Shown here: positions 18,627 to 29,101 of the stretch, in pieces | Layout of the letters: each line of letters starts with the position of its first letter | Position numbering within the stretch: the first letter of the stretch is position 1 | NCBI GenBank assembly: GCA_965198235.1 | Contig: OZ240248.1 | Span: 3,808,001 to 3,872,000, forward strand | Direction: 5' to 3' | DNA: 64,000 nt | Source of the DNA: Candidatus Poribacteria bacterium | GTDB taxonomy: Bacteria > Poribacteria > WGA-4E > WGA-3G | Notes under the pieces: generated by a model | Seen by the model: only the letters and a program-made list of their open reading frames with translations | What the model was told of the DNA's origin: nothing | Database searches by the model: none | Program-made: the position numbers and the translations under genes

Positions 18627-20813
18627 CTAAAAAAGATCTGTCTTCAATAAGTGCGAGACTTTGATAAATACAATCCGCTCAGTGTCTCCTTCTACGGTAC
18701 GATTGTCGTTGTAGACGATAAAAAGATTGCTTTCAGGGCGGTATTCATAAGCGAAGAGCGCGAAGACCCGGCGTTCTTTTTCTAACGTGAATTCTGCACT
18801 GGCTCTCGCATACATACGCTGCGCAAACTGATAGTTCACGACAAAGCGACGCGTCCATTCGGAGAGTTCCCACGCTGTTGCATCGGGTTGTTTTTCATGG
18901 AGCCGCTGCAAGATGAACTCAAAACTGAGTTTGGCAGTCGGACGAATTGTGATTTCGGGACGGAGAAAGAAGGTGTCTTTATTATCACGGACACCGAAAC
19001 GTCCGGTGTTTCGGATCTGCACGTATTTGGGGGGGAACCATCCCATAAAGAACCGCGCGGTTCTATCTGTAAAGGGTTTGTTATCCTCATTAACGTGATA
19101 ATACCATTCGGGCCCGACGAGGAAAAAGAAGTCTTTAACGCTGAGGAGACTGCTAAAACTTGCCCTATGGTTTGTCAATTCACCTGCGTGGTTCGCGAGT
19201 CGTTCGTATTCGACTTCACCGCGAAGCCGTTCAACAGTGCCTTTGTACTGTTTATTATAGCGACTTCTGATCATTAATCCACGTCTACCCACGCGCGGGA
19301 CGAAGCCGGTTTCGGGGTTAAAGTGCTCCCCGATATCTGCGTAGATCGCATCTAACGAGAACACATTTGTCCGACGGGCAAGTTGGACAAAGACAAGGTC
19401 GTCCTCGGTGCTTTCTGCCATATCCAGACCCCCTGCTTTCCATTCTCTTGCGTATTCCAGATTAAGACTCGTAGCGGCGGGGAGTTGAATGCGTGCATCA
19501 AGTCCGCCTGCTCGATCGTAGATGGCACCGCGTTGTTTGTTAACGCCTAAAAACCCGACAGATGACGTTTTTCCAACTTCCCGTTGCAATCGCAAAACGG
19601 AGTAGTTATAGTTCGCGAGGGGCAATTCACCTATTGCTATTTCTCTATCAGGGTTTTCCGATCCCGCAACGGCTCCCACGAAAGCGAGATTGTACTTATT
19701 GAATTTCCCGATGACCTTTCCACCACCGAGCAGCGCTTCGACTTTTCGGCTGTAGAACAGGTCAAGCGGCATTTGAAAGAGTTCGTTTCCCTCGAGGAAA
19801 AACGGGCGTTTTTCAGGAAAACGGAGTGGGATATCGGTGAGATTCACGAGGTCGGGATCCGCCTCAATTTGTGCAAAATCTGGATTTATCGTCAGATCAA
19901 CGGTGAAGTCGGCGATCGGATACCGGATGTCTAACCCAAGGTCCGGTTTCACTGCGGCTGATGTTTCACCATCTCGCGGTTGCAGGACTTGTGGCTTTAG
20001 TGTGCCATACGGTTTGAACTTCACCGGTCGTTTGGTAACCAAACCTGAAATGGGAAGGTCTGTCAGATGTCCGAATTCTGAGACAGCGTACTGGCGTTCA
20101 CCCAAATCTGCCCAGGTCTGTTCTTCGGCGGGTGATTCGTCGTTTCGCCAAAAGTTGATACCCCAGGTTGCTGTTTCCATCCCTTTTGAAAATCGGAGTT
20201 CGGCAAACGGAATGGCGAATTCTGCTGTCCAGCTGTCTGTTCCTTTTGCGGCTTGACCTTGCCAGTCGCAATCCCATGATATGGCGGTGCCGATCATAGA
20301 CTGCCCCGTGCGCCTATTCGCGCCTTCGTTAATCAAGCGTCGATCGGTTTGTGTGCCGAGTGGGTTTAAGGCGAATGCATAACAGTTTCTGCCATCAAGG
20401 AAGGTATCGATTAAAACTTCAACGTGATCATCGGAAAAGAAGAAGGAGTCGCGCCGCGTTAGATTCGCTGCGAGCTTGTTCATGTCGGTCTTAAAGCATT
20501 CAAAGGCGACATAGAGGTTATTGGCATCGTAAGCGAGGTAGATAGTCGTTGGTTGTGTTGCTGGCTCACCCCGCTGTGGTTCAAATTGAATTAACTCACC
20601 GGTTTTGGCACTATTTTGCCAGCAGGTGTCGTCCAATTTCCCATCAATTTTTGGAGGTGTTTCTGTGCGGACTACTTTAATCGCGCGGTTCGTGAGAATT
20701 TCGGGGGCCTCGTCATTCGTGTCTGCAGGCAATACCTTAAGGCTCCACAAACAGAGGATGAGGTAGACTGCTAATATCAAATACGGGCTAAGCCGTGCCC
20801 TAATTGTTCGCAT
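18627..20813 (-). CDS. Secreted CBM9-like domain plus DUF5916-like outer membrane protein
   Basis: PKIDGKLDD, WTAEFAIPF, NPDFAQIEAD, FPEKRPFFLEG motifs. Confidence 0.75.
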   Translation of the reverse strand: MRTIRARLSPYLILAVYLILCLWSLKVLPADTNDEAPEILTNRAIKVVRTETPPKIDGKLDDTCWQNSAKTGELIQFEPQRGEPATQPTTIYLAYDANNLYVAFECFKTDMNKLAANLTRRDSFFFSDDHVEVLIDTFLDGRNCYAFALNPLGTQTDRRLINEGANRRTGQSMIGTAISWDCDWQGQAAKGTDSWTAEFAIPFAELRFSKGMETATWGINFWRNDESPAEEQTWADLGERQYAVSEFGHLTDLPISGLVTKRPVKFKPYGTLKPQVLQPRDGETSAAVKPDLGLDIRYPIADFTVDLTINPDFAQIEADPDLVNLTDIPLRFPEKRPFFLEGNELFQMPLDLFYSRKVEALLGGGKVIGKFNKYNLAFVGAVAGSENPDREIAIGELPLANYNYSVLRLQREVGKTSSVGFLGVNKQRGAIYDRAGGLDARIQLPAATSLNLEYAREWKAGGLDMAESTEDDLVFVQLARRTNVFSLDAIYADIGEHFNPETGFVPRVGRRGLMIRSRYNKQYKGTVERLRGEVEYERLANHAGELTNHRASFSSLLSVKDFFFLVGPEWYYHVNEDNKPFTDRTARFFMGWFPPKYVQIRNTGRFGVRDNKDTFFLRPEITIRPTAKLSFEFILQRLHEKQPDATAWELSEWTRRFVVNYQFAQRMYARASAEFTLEKERRVFALFAYEYRPESNLFIVYNDNRTVEGDTERIVFIKVSHLLKTDLF

Positions 20814-20859
20814 TGATTTATATCTTCAGAGCCTCCTTTTGGTGTCAAATTATATTACG

Positions 20860-20888
20860 ATTTTAGCGTGTATCTATTTTTCTGTCAA
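20860..20888 (-). promoter_or_regulatory. sigma70-type promoter
   Basis: TTGACA-17-TAAAAT on the minus strand upstream of 20813. Confidence 0.6.
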
Positions 20889-20916
20889 TATCAAAAAGGA
20901 AAGGGTGCGGAGGCAT

Positions 20917-20983
20917 TCAGTTATCGGTTGTTCATTGTCTGAATCGCGGATTCTCGCGGATGCCGCAGATTGCGCGGATTTTA
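20917..20983. repeat. Heptamer plus nonamer repeat block, left copy
   Basis: GTTGTTCATTGTCTGAATCGCGGAT...CGCGGATGCCGCAGATTGCGCGGATTT; direct copy near 23020-23098. Confidence 0.8.
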
Positions 20984-20991
20984 GGGACTCC

Positions 20992-22989
20992 TCACTCCAC
21001 TCGTTTGATTTCTGCCCAGGTTGTCGTCAACCTGTTTTTCGGACTGACGGGTTTTGCGTCGACAAGGCGTATAAGTGCCTCAGAGACGACATCGGCAAGC
21101 GGCAACCCATCCCCGAGAATCTCATCGCTCTCCTGCGACCTATAGAAACCGAGGATCGTTCCTGTCTTCTCATGAAATAAAATGGAGCCGTCCGAGACGC
21201 TGTTCGCAGGTCCGCAGGTGTGCTGCCAGAGATCCAATGCTCCCAATCCCGCATGCGGCACGGAGACACACCTCCGCACCCGAAGCGGTAATGCCAACGC
21301 CTCACCCTGATCCGCTCCTTTCAGCATAATCCCCGAACCGAACTTATACGTCAATAACTCTACATCCGTCTCCCTTAAGTTCGGATACAATGACAACGCA
21401 AGCGGGGCATACCCCGAGAAGTCTACATCTCGGATTGCCAAAAGCACGCTCCCTGTCTCGCCATTGCCACCCGGAAACGATGCCAACGTCCTCACCTTGA
21501 CATCCTCGGCAACCAACCCATCATACCCCACCAGAGAAATATCATCTTGATCGAGGAACTGCTCTACGCTATTTTCTTCTCGTTGCTGTGCGATGAACAA
21601 TGCGTCTCCACCCAGCACCGTTCCGAGATATCCAGCGTGGAAAAGCCGTGATTGGTCGGGACCCGGCACCAGCAGATAAAACACAGAGCGATAATTCGCA
21701 ATCGAGGTCGCGTCTATCTCCCGCCACGCAGCTTCACGCGGTTCCTGCGTCAGTAGCAACTCCACGATACGTTTGTTTCCCTGTGTTACCGCTTCCTTCA
21801 GGGGTGTGTTGCCACCCGCACCCCTGATATTTACGTCAACCGCCTTGTGCTTGACGAGCCGTTCCGCTGCACCGTAAGACCCACGCGTCGCCGCCCAGAA
21901 CAACGCCGTGCTTCCCTCCGCATCTTTCGCGTTGACCTCAATATCCTTATGCCAAAGAAGCTTCTCCATCAGTTTTGGATACCCTTTCATCGCCGCATAA
22001 TGCAGTGCCGTCAAACCCGTCTCGTCTCTGGCGTTGACATCGGTGTTTTCATCTTCATCGATGACCTTGATAGCCATCATGGCCTCAGTGTTGTGTTTAA
22101 TTTCAAAGAGAAGCGGAGACTTCGGACGACACCCATCGGGAGATGTCTCTAACTCATAATCAGGGAAGATACAATCTTCGAGGGGCAGATTTTCGTGATA
22201 GAACTTGTAGAGCCAGACGATCCCGTTGGCATCATCCTGACTGACGCGGGTGGGAAGAGGAGGCGGGACGTTGCCACCCGCCATCACCGAAGCGGGTTGG
22301 TGACCGATCGTTCTATCCAGTCCTCCCCTACTGACTCTTAATTCTTCCGCCTCTCGCCTCAGTATTATATACGTGTCCCCTAAACCGAAGGCGTGACCGA
22401 TCTCGTGCAGGAGAGCGCCTGAAAATCTTGGATCCACATCCGTGCCCTCACGCATATTAAGTGCTGGGGGGATCGCCATATCCACCCCTACCAACGCAAC
22501 CGATCTCCCAGCCTTGCAGAAGAAAAAGATTCTCAAGTCATATAACTGAAGTTTAGCCGTATCTTTGACGAAAATTCCATTCTTATCCTTGATGAGAACT
22601 TCAGCCCCGTCTCTTATGAAAAAATTCGGCACAAAGCGAAAGTCAGAGACGACGGGTTTGCCGGTATTCAAGTCCCGGACGGGTTGTAACCATGCGTTCA
22701 AGGCTTGGGTGATGACTTCCTCTATCGCCTCACCGTTGTGTCTTGCCTCCGGTGGGCAATCGCCCATATACGCATAGCCAATCACCCACTGATCCTTATG
22801 CACACGACGGATGAGGTTGTTGCGTTTTCCTATGAATTCTTCTCTGGTTCTATGGTCAAACGCCCTAAATCCGTCCGCTGTGGGGGCACTGCTGAACAAC
22901 ACGCCTATCGCCACCGCAAGCGTCAGGAGCATCTGCGCGCCTTGTAGGAGGGATTTGTAATCCCGATGCTTCTTTTTGAAAGGGTTCAT
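20992..22989 (-). CDS. Secreted metzincin metalloprotease with three ankyrin repeats and C-terminal TW tail
   Basis: Signal peptide, HEIGHAFGLGD plus SVM Met-turn, GLTALHYAA/GSTALFWAA/GNTPLKEAV repeats, VSPKNRLTTTWAEIK. Confidence 0.85.
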   Translation of the reverse strand: MNPFKKKHRDYKSLLQGAQMLLTLAVAIGVLFSSAPTADGFRAFDHRTREEFIGKRNNLIRRVHKDQWVIGYAYMGDCPPEARHNGEAIEEVITQALNAWLQPVRDLNTGKPVVSDFRFVPNFFIRDGAEVLIKDKNGIFVKDTAKLQLYDLRIFFFCKAGRSVALVGVDMAIPPALNMREGTDVDPRFSGALLHEIGHAFGLGDTYIILRREAEELRVSRGGLDRTIGHQPASVMAGGNVPPPLPTRVSQDDANGIVWLYKFYHENLPLEDCIFPDYELETSPDGCRPKSPLLFEIKHNTEAMMAIKVIDEDENTDVNARDETGLTALHYAAMKGYPKLMEKLLWHKDIEVNAKDAEGSTALFWAATRGSYGAAERLVKHKAVDVNIRGAGGNTPLKEAVTQGNKRIVELLLTQEPREAAWREIDATSIANYRSVFYLLVPGPDQSRLFHAGYLGTVLGGDALFIAQQREENSVEQFLDQDDISLVGYDGLVAEDVKVRTLASFPGGNGETGSVLLAIRDVDFSGYAPLALSLYPNLRETDVELLTYKFGSGIMLKGADQGEALALPLRVRRCVSVPHAGLGALDLWQHTCGPANSVSDGSILFHEKTGTILGFYRSQESDEILGDGLPLADVVSEALIRLVDAKPVSPKNRLTTTWAEIKRVE

Positions 22990-23019
22990 CTGTTTTTTGG
23001 CTCCTGTGTGTTGTGATGG

Positions 23020-23098
23020 GTTGTCGGTTGTCAGTTGTTCCTCGTCTGAATCGCGGATGACGCGGATGACGCAGATTGCGCGGATTTCGCGGATTTTG
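23020..23098. repeat. Heptamer plus nonamer repeat block, right copy
   Basis: GTTGTCGGTTGTCAGTTGTTCCTCGTCTGAATCGCGGATGACGCGGATGACGCAGATTGCGCGGATTTCGCGGATTT. Confidence 0.8.
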
Positions 23099-23532
23099 GG
23101 GTTTCTGTTTATTCAACGTCTATAGTGCAGCGTTGGGTTTCACTCGGTCTCTCGGCGATAGAGGCTGTATGGAAGCAGACATCGGTTTTCTTTGACGTGC
23201 TGGCGTTTTGGTTCCGTCCGTTCAACCCAACCTACGGTACTGTTAGCAGCCGGTTTCCATCAGCGGTCAGTAGGAATCGAGAAAGGTCGGGGAAACACCC
23301 AAGCAAAATACCCTTCCACAGGTATTGCAGATGATAACAGATTCTTATGAAAAGTCAAGGGGTCGCGATCAGGAGATCGTTCCTACAAGTTAACCCTCAG
23401 GTATCACCCGATGTAATACGCGTAAACCAATTAAACCCATTTGCGTTTTTAAAGTCAATTGCGTTATTATATTAAGTATCAGACGCATCAAGTTAAAATA
23501 GAATTTAGATCGAAAAGAGGAGTTACAATCCA

Positions 23533-24657
23533 GTGTGCCTTTTTATACGCAAAATCTTTATACTGCTTTTATGTCTTGCCATCTTTTTCCCCGGGGTGGC
23601 GCTTGCGGGACCCGGTCGGACAGGCGCGCAAATCTTGAACCTCGGTGGTGGCGCACGGGCGAGAGCACTCGGCGACGCGTTTTCTGCGATGTCCGGGGAT
23701 GTAACCACGACGCTCTGGAACCCAAGTGGTCTGGCAGATATGCCCGAAAGTAAATTCCGTTCTGGCAGAAAAGCGGCACAAGCCTCAATGTTTTATACAG
23801 ATTACAGCGCGCCTTTCGGAGAAGCAGGGGAAGGGTTATACTATACCTTCATCTCTGGCGCGATGCCACTCGGCGATGCCGGAACTATCGGCGCGACTCT
23901 CCAGATGCAAGGGCAGGGTACGATTGCTGTAACGACTGATTCCCCCGAAGTGCTTCGTGAGGAAAGTCTCGGCACCAACTTCGCGTTGACGTTCTCATAC
24001 GCCGACCGCATCACAGAGTCTTTATCGGCAGGAATCAACGGCAAAATGATTCGGATGGTGCTCGGACGTGAGAATGGAAGTTCTTATGCAGTTGATTTCG
24101 GAATGCAATATCTCCTTCCCTACGACCGCATCCCTACAACCTTCGGTGCCGCAATTCAGAACGTCGGCCCGGGTATCTCTTTTATTGATGAAAACCAAGC
24201 AGATCCCTTACCGCGGTTTTTGCGGATAGGTACTTCGATGAGCCTTTATCGGGCGAAGTATCACCACATTCGCCTCGTCAGCGGTATCACGGCTTATGTC
24301 GATAAATTGGCAGAGGATGAAAACGAATTAGCCGTTGATTTGGACCGGCTTAACGCCGAAAGAGAGGAAAAACTGACCCGAGAGCAACTGCTTTCCGATC
24401 GCGGGGTCGGTATCCGAGCATTTGAGTGGCGACACCTTCAAAAGAATCTCGGTTTGGAGTATTGGCTCGGTAACTTGCTCGCAATTCGGGTCGGCTATAA
24501 AGTTGAACCCGGTATTAACCTACCGAATTTAACGGATTATTTTACCGGGGGTATCGGTGTGAAGGTATACTTATTCAATCTCGATTTGAGTTACGGCCCC
24601 AGTTTCGGTCCGAACAATCAACGACTTATTGAGGCAACAGGGATAATCGTCTTTTAA
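23533..24657 (+). CDS. PorV/PorQ-family outer membrane beta-barrel
   Basis: TGAQILNLGGGARARALGDAF...WNPSGLA N-terminal motif, NVGPGISF, C-terminal Phe; GAGGAG RBS. Confidence 0.8.
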   Translation: MCLFIRKIFILLLCLAIFFPGVALAGPGRTGAQILNLGGGARARALGDAFSAMSGDVTTTLWNPSGLADMPESKFRSGRKAAQASMFYTDYSAPFGEAGEGLYYTFISGAMPLGDAGTIGATLQMQGQGTIAVTTDSPEVLREESLGTNFALTFSYADRITESLSAGINGKMIRMVLGRENGSSYAVDFGMQYLLPYDRIPTTFGAAIQNVGPGISFIDENQADPLPRFLRIGTSMSLYRAKYHHIRLVSGITAYVDKLAEDENELAVDLDRLNAEREEKLTREQLLSDRGVGIRAFEWRHLQKNLGLEYWLGNLLAIRVGYKVEPGINLPNLTDYFTGGIGVKVYLFNLDLSYGPSFGPNNQRLIEATGIIVF

Positions 24658-24806
24658 GTCAGCAATTGGTTATCGGTTATCAGTTATCGGTTAAGAGGTT
24701 TTCGTCAGATCCAAAGTGGTAGCCTGCAACAACGGCGCAGGCGTGTTTAAGAGAGGCACACCAAAGACAGAACCCACGTTATTTCTCCGCAAGGTAAAAT
24801 TAAAAA

Positions 24807-25634
24807 ATGAAATTTAACGCCGAAATTATAATACTTGTGTTAATATTCTCTCTGTTGTCTAATATTTGCCTCGCTGCTGATAGCCTTCAGGCGCGACCGT
24901 TCACAGCTTTCTATCTCGATTCTGCGCTCGGAAGCCGGACGCTCACGGACCAATCCACTGTTGTTATGGAGGCGACCCAAGAGCTCCAGTCCCGGAAATC
25001 TCCAAACGAAGCGTTCCTTTATTCGCTCGTCATTCCCGGTATGGGACAACTCTATACAGGTGCGAAACGTGGTTATCTCTACGCCGCTGCAGAGGTCGGT
25101 TTGCTCGCGACCTATTTTGTTCTCCGAAACAATGCCACAAACACTCGAGAAAACTATCGCGATGTCGTCAGACAAAACGTTACTTTTATCGGTCCAGGCT
25201 CCTTTGAGGATTGGGATCCTATAGAGGATTTTGAACACGCCACACAATATGAAACATGGAACCACGACTATGATACGAAGAAGACCCAAAAGCGTACCGG
25301 CAAGTGGTATTGGGCGGATCTTGATCCAGACCTAAAAAACGAGAAACATAGAGATCTTGAGAAGAGCGATATTACTTCAAAATACCGATTGGAGGCCTTT
25401 AATTTGAGAGAAAAAGCCAACAATACTTTTGAACGCGCGAAATTCTTTTTGGGCTTGGCAATTTTGAACCATGTTGTGAGTGCAGTGGAAGCACGGATTA
25501 CAACCAAACGTTTCAATACCCACTTGCAAAGGACGTTGACACAGACACGAGTCAATACTCTTGAAATAGATTTACAAACTGACATGACGGCGGGGGCACT
25601 CACAGGTGCGCTCGTCCTACGGAAAAGGTTTTAA
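24807..25634 (+). CDS. Exported hypothetical protein (DUF5683-like KSP...PG.GQ.Y motif)
   Basis: Signal peptide, KSPNEAFLYSLVIPGMGQLYTG. Confidence 0.65.
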   Translation: MKFNAEIIILVLIFSLLSNICLAADSLQARPFTAFYLDSALGSRTLTDQSTVVMEATQELQSRKSPNEAFLYSLVIPGMGQLYTGAKRGYLYAAAEVGLLATYFVLRNNATNTRENYRDVVRQNVTFIGPGSFEDWDPIEDFEHATQYETWNHDYDTKKTQKRTGKWYWADLDPDLKNEKHRDLEKSDITSKYRLEAFNLREKANNTFERAKFFLGLAILNHVVSAVEARITTKRFNTHLQRTLTQTRVNTLEIDLQTDMTAGALTGALVLRKRF

Positions 25635-25646
25635 AAGGGGGATTCT

Positions 25647-26585
25647 ATGCCATTAGAAATATCAAATCTTTTGGACACACTGAATTCGGTTACTGCGATT
25701 CCTATTGTCCCTTTCAACGGAGACAAGATTGATTACACCGGACACGCCAAAAACATTGACTATTTGATGCGCAACAACTATCTTGACGAAGGACGACAGC
25801 GTGTCATTGCCATCGCTGGCACAAGTCTGATCCATCATATCAGCGAAACCGAGCAGCTGCGTCTCATCGACCAAACCGGACGACAAATGGGAGATAACGG
25901 TATCCTCATGTCTGGCATTGTGCCCAATCCGATCCGTCAAGCCGGTCAACTCATTGAAGCACAGTCTGAACTCCATAGACCGCCAGATGTGTATTTGCTC
26001 ATGCCCTTGGCAGGAATCTCAAGCCCAGAGGGTATCTACCAACAGTATATGGAATTCGGTGAGAAATACGGCACTGCTTGTGGCGCACGGTTTCTCTACT
26101 ATTTCCGTCAGAAACGCGATATGGCAGCAGTCATTCGTCTCCTAAACGATTCACCCCATTTCGTCGGTGTGAAGATAGGGACAGGTGAAGGGGATGTTGC
26201 GCCACTCGTTGAGGGGGTCGGGGACAGCGGGATTGTGATGTGGGGTATCGGTGATAGATGTACCCGTCCTGCCCAACTGGGTGCGAGAGGGCATACCTCT
26301 GGTATTGCGGTAGCCTTTGCGCGTGCCTCTGATGAGATTAACAATGCACAACGCCGGGGTGATTACGAGACCTCTGCACGCATTGAAGCCGACATTGCAC
26401 CGCTTGAGGAGGTTCGTTTCATGAACGAGCGGGTCTATAACTATTCTGCTGTCGTTGAAGCGATGATCTTAAGCGGTTTTGACGATATTGCCGCTGGGAC
26501 GGGGGGTCCATTTAATCCGCGTGTTCCGTCAGAGATTCAGGAACACCTCCGCGGCGTGGCGCAAAACTTAAAACGGTATCATTAA
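25647..26585 (+). CDS. Dihydrodipicolinate synthase-family aldolase/dehydratase
   Basis: IPIVPFNGDKIDY start, LYY and VGVK Schiff-base Lys pattern. Confidence 0.75.
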   Translation: MPLEISNLLDTLNSVTAIPIVPFNGDKIDYTGHAKNIDYLMRNNYLDEGRQRVIAIAGTSLIHHISETEQLRLIDQTGRQMGDNGILMSGIVPNPIRQAGQLIEAQSELHRPPDVYLLMPLAGISSPEGIYQQYMEFGEKYGTACGARFLYYFRQKRDMAAVIRLLNDSPHFVGVKIGTGEGDVAPLVEGVGDSGIVMWGIGDRCTRPAQLGARGHTSGIAVAFARASDEINNAQRRGDYETSARIEADIAPLEEVRFMNERVYNYSAVVEAMILSGFDDIAAGTGGPFNPRVPSEIQEHLRGVAQNLKRYH

Positions 26586-26744
26586 CGTTTGCAGGCACAG
26601 GTCTTGTGCTGACAGCTGACTGCATTGAGTCTGAAAACTGTCCAAAGTTTAGCAAGGAGTTGGCGCTAATGACAAAATTGTTTAGATCCTTATCAGAAAA
26701 TTGCGTAAGTCCTAAGAACCACTAAAGATTCCTGGAGGAAAATC

Positions 26745-27335
26745 ATGACAACACGGGCAGTTCAAACATATCTCACGCCAGAGGAGTACATCACTTTAGA
26801 ACGCAAAGCGATACCTGATGCTGAAACAGTCAGAAGCGAATACATCAATGGAGAGATTATCAAAATGCCCGGAGCCAGTTTCGCACATAATTTGATGACT
26901 AACAATATCTCTGGTGAACTCCGCGCTCGCTTGAAGGGCAGTGAGTGTGCTGTTTTCGCGAATGACATGCGTATCAGCATTCCCACAGCAAAATCCTATT
27001 TTTATCCTGATGTTGGCGTTGTCTGTGAGGAACCCCGTTTTGAAGACGATGTCTTTGACACGCTTCTGAACCCGATTGTCATCGTAGAGGTGCTTTCACC
27101 TTCAACCGAAGCGTATGACAGAGGTGAAAAATTCGCCCACTATCGCCAAGTCACATCGTTGCAGGAATACGTCCTTGTGGCCCAAGACCAGATTCGTGTT
27201 GAACACTACCGCCGTCAAGAAAGGCAGTGGATTTTTACCGATTTTGAAAAACATGATGCGATTCTGTTGCTTCCTTCCATCCAGTGCGAATTACCCTTGC
27301 GGGAAATCTACGAACGCGTTACATTTTCTGATTAG
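26745..27335 (+). CDS. Uma2-family endonuclease-fold protein
   Basis: EYINGEI, YPDVGV, IVEVLSPSTEAYDRGEKFAHY. Confidence 0.92.
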   Translation: MTTRAVQTYLTPEEYITLERKAIPDAETVRSEYINGEIIKMPGASFAHNLMTNNISGELRARLKGSECAVFANDMRISIPTAKSYFYPDVGVVCEEPRFEDDVFDTLLNPIVIVEVLSPSTEAYDRGEKFAHYRQVTSLQEYVLVAQDQIRVEHYRRQERQWIFTDFEKHDAILLLPSIQCELPLREIYERVTFSD

Positions 27336-27375
27336 AAACGCTACAACGCAAATTACATGAAGTGAGATCTCCACT

Positions 27376-29088
27376 ATGTCGTATGATAGTTTAGCACTTC
27401 GTCTCGTCGTTGAAGAATTGCGTGAAACCCTTTTAGGTGGTACAATTCGACACATCGAACAGGCGAACCCCCATACCTTTTCATTTAGGGTAGGTCGCGG
27501 TGCCCAGACGGATTGGCTGACTTTATCGGCACATTCGTTGCATGCCCGCGCCCACCTCATCCAGAAACCGCCACCCGGACAAAAACAATCCTATCTGGCG
27601 GATTTTCTCACAACACATCTCAGACGTGGCACGATTACTGCGATTGAACAACTCGGTTGGGACCGGATACTCAAGATAATTGTTCAACCCGTTTCCGATG
27701 AACCGATACAGCCGTCCCCTAAAGCCGTTATCGCCGAATTTATGGGCAAACATAGCAATATTATCCTGATCGACGCAACCGACGACAGGATTTTAGAAAG
27801 TCTCAAACGTATTGACGAGACAATGAGCCGACATCGAGAGATCTTGCCCGGTGAAACTTATACTTTGCCACCACAGCAAGAGAAGTTAGATCCACTGATG
27901 CTGGATGAAGCAACGTTCACTGAACTTGTTGATGGACAAAAAGAGGTGGGTTGGCGGCAACTCTTTAACAAAATTGACGGTTTTAGTCCAACACTCGCAA
28001 AAGAGGTTGTCGCTCGGGCAGCGGAAACGGGACTCTGGGAAGCCTATCAACAGGTTATCGACCGTTTCGATGTGGCGCACGTTTCACCGCAACTCCTTAT
28101 GGATGGAGATGAACCGATTGCCGCCTCAGCTATGGTACTTCATCAGTTTCCGCATGCTTCCTCTCAAGCGTTTGACACAATGAGCGATGCGCTCGCCGCA
28201 TACTACGAGGCAGTCACCCTGAAGGAGAATATCGCTTCGGAACGCCGGACCCTCACGCAAGCGTTGACGAAACAGGAGAATCTACTCCAACGAAAAGCAG
28301 ATGGATTGCACGCCGATCTCGGACGGGCAGAGAAAGCGGAGGATTATCGCATTCAGGGTGAGTTGCTTCTCGCCAACCTACACGCTATCACCCGCGGACA
28401 GAAACAGGTAGCGTTGCAAAACTATTACAGTCCTGATCTCGAAATGTTGTCGATTCCGCTGAATCCGGAGCAAAGTCCGTCCGAAAACGCGCAGACCTAT
28501 TTCAAGAAATACACAAAAGCGAAACGGGGACGTTCACGCATCCAGCAGCTCGTTTCGGATATAGAGGCGGATCAGGAGACACTTCGACTGTACGCATCCA
28601 AATTAGAAGCCGCTGATACTCTAAATGCACTGCAGCGTCTACGCAAGGAATTCGTCGCGAACGGCTATCTCAGGGCACCGCAACGCGGCAAGCAGAAACA
28701 GGAAGTAGGCGACGGTCCTTTCCGAAGGTATACCTCTACCAACGGCTTCCAGATGTACGTTGGACGTAACAGTCAGTCTAACGACTTGCTCTTACGCCAA
28801 ATTGCCAAGCCCCGCGATATGTGGCTTCACGCCAAGCAGATTCACGGCTCACATGTCATTATCCGCAATCCAGAGAATCGTCCGGACATTCCGATGCCGA
28901 CGTTGTTACAAGCCGCGCAACTCGCTGCGTACTACAGTAAGGCACATCATGCCAGCAATGTGCCCGTTGACTATACGTGGGCGCGGTATGTCGTGAAGCG
29001 CAAGGGCAACGTCGCCGGTTATGTACATTACACGCGTGAGAAGACGTTATATGTCGAGCCTGCTGTGCCAAAATCGAAGGATAAATAA
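27376..29088 (+). CDS. rqcH: NFACT-family ribosome quality control factor (RqcH/FbpA)
   Basis: WDRIL, EFMGKHSNIIL, ENAQTYFKKYTK, VGRN..SND, WLHAKQIHGSHV, VDYT. Confidence 0.92.
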   Translation: MSYDSLALRLVVEELRETLLGGTIRHIEQANPHTFSFRVGRGAQTDWLTLSAHSLHARAHLIQKPPPGQKQSYLADFLTTHLRRGTITAIEQLGWDRILKIIVQPVSDEPIQPSPKAVIAEFMGKHSNIILIDATDDRILESLKRIDETMSRHREILPGETYTLPPQQEKLDPLMLDEATFTELVDGQKEVGWRQLFNKIDGFSPTLAKEVVARAAETGLWEAYQQVIDRFDVAHVSPQLLMDGDEPIAASAMVLHQFPHASSQAFDTMSDALAAYYEAVTLKENIASERRTLTQALTKQENLLQRKADGLHADLGRAEKAEDYRIQGELLLANLHAITRGQKQVALQNYYSPDLEMLSIPLNPEQSPSENAQTYFKKYTKAKRGRSRIQQLVSDIEADQETLRLYASKLEAADTLNALQRLRKEFVANGYLRAPQRGKQKQEVGDGPFRRYTSTNGFQMYVGRNSQSNDLLLRQIAKPRDMWLHAKQIHGSHVIIRNPENRPDIPMPTLLQAAQLAAYYSKAHHASNVPVDYTWARYVVKRKGNVAGYVHYTREKTLYVEPAVPKSKDK

Positions 29089-29101
29089 AGGGAATTTTTA
29101 T

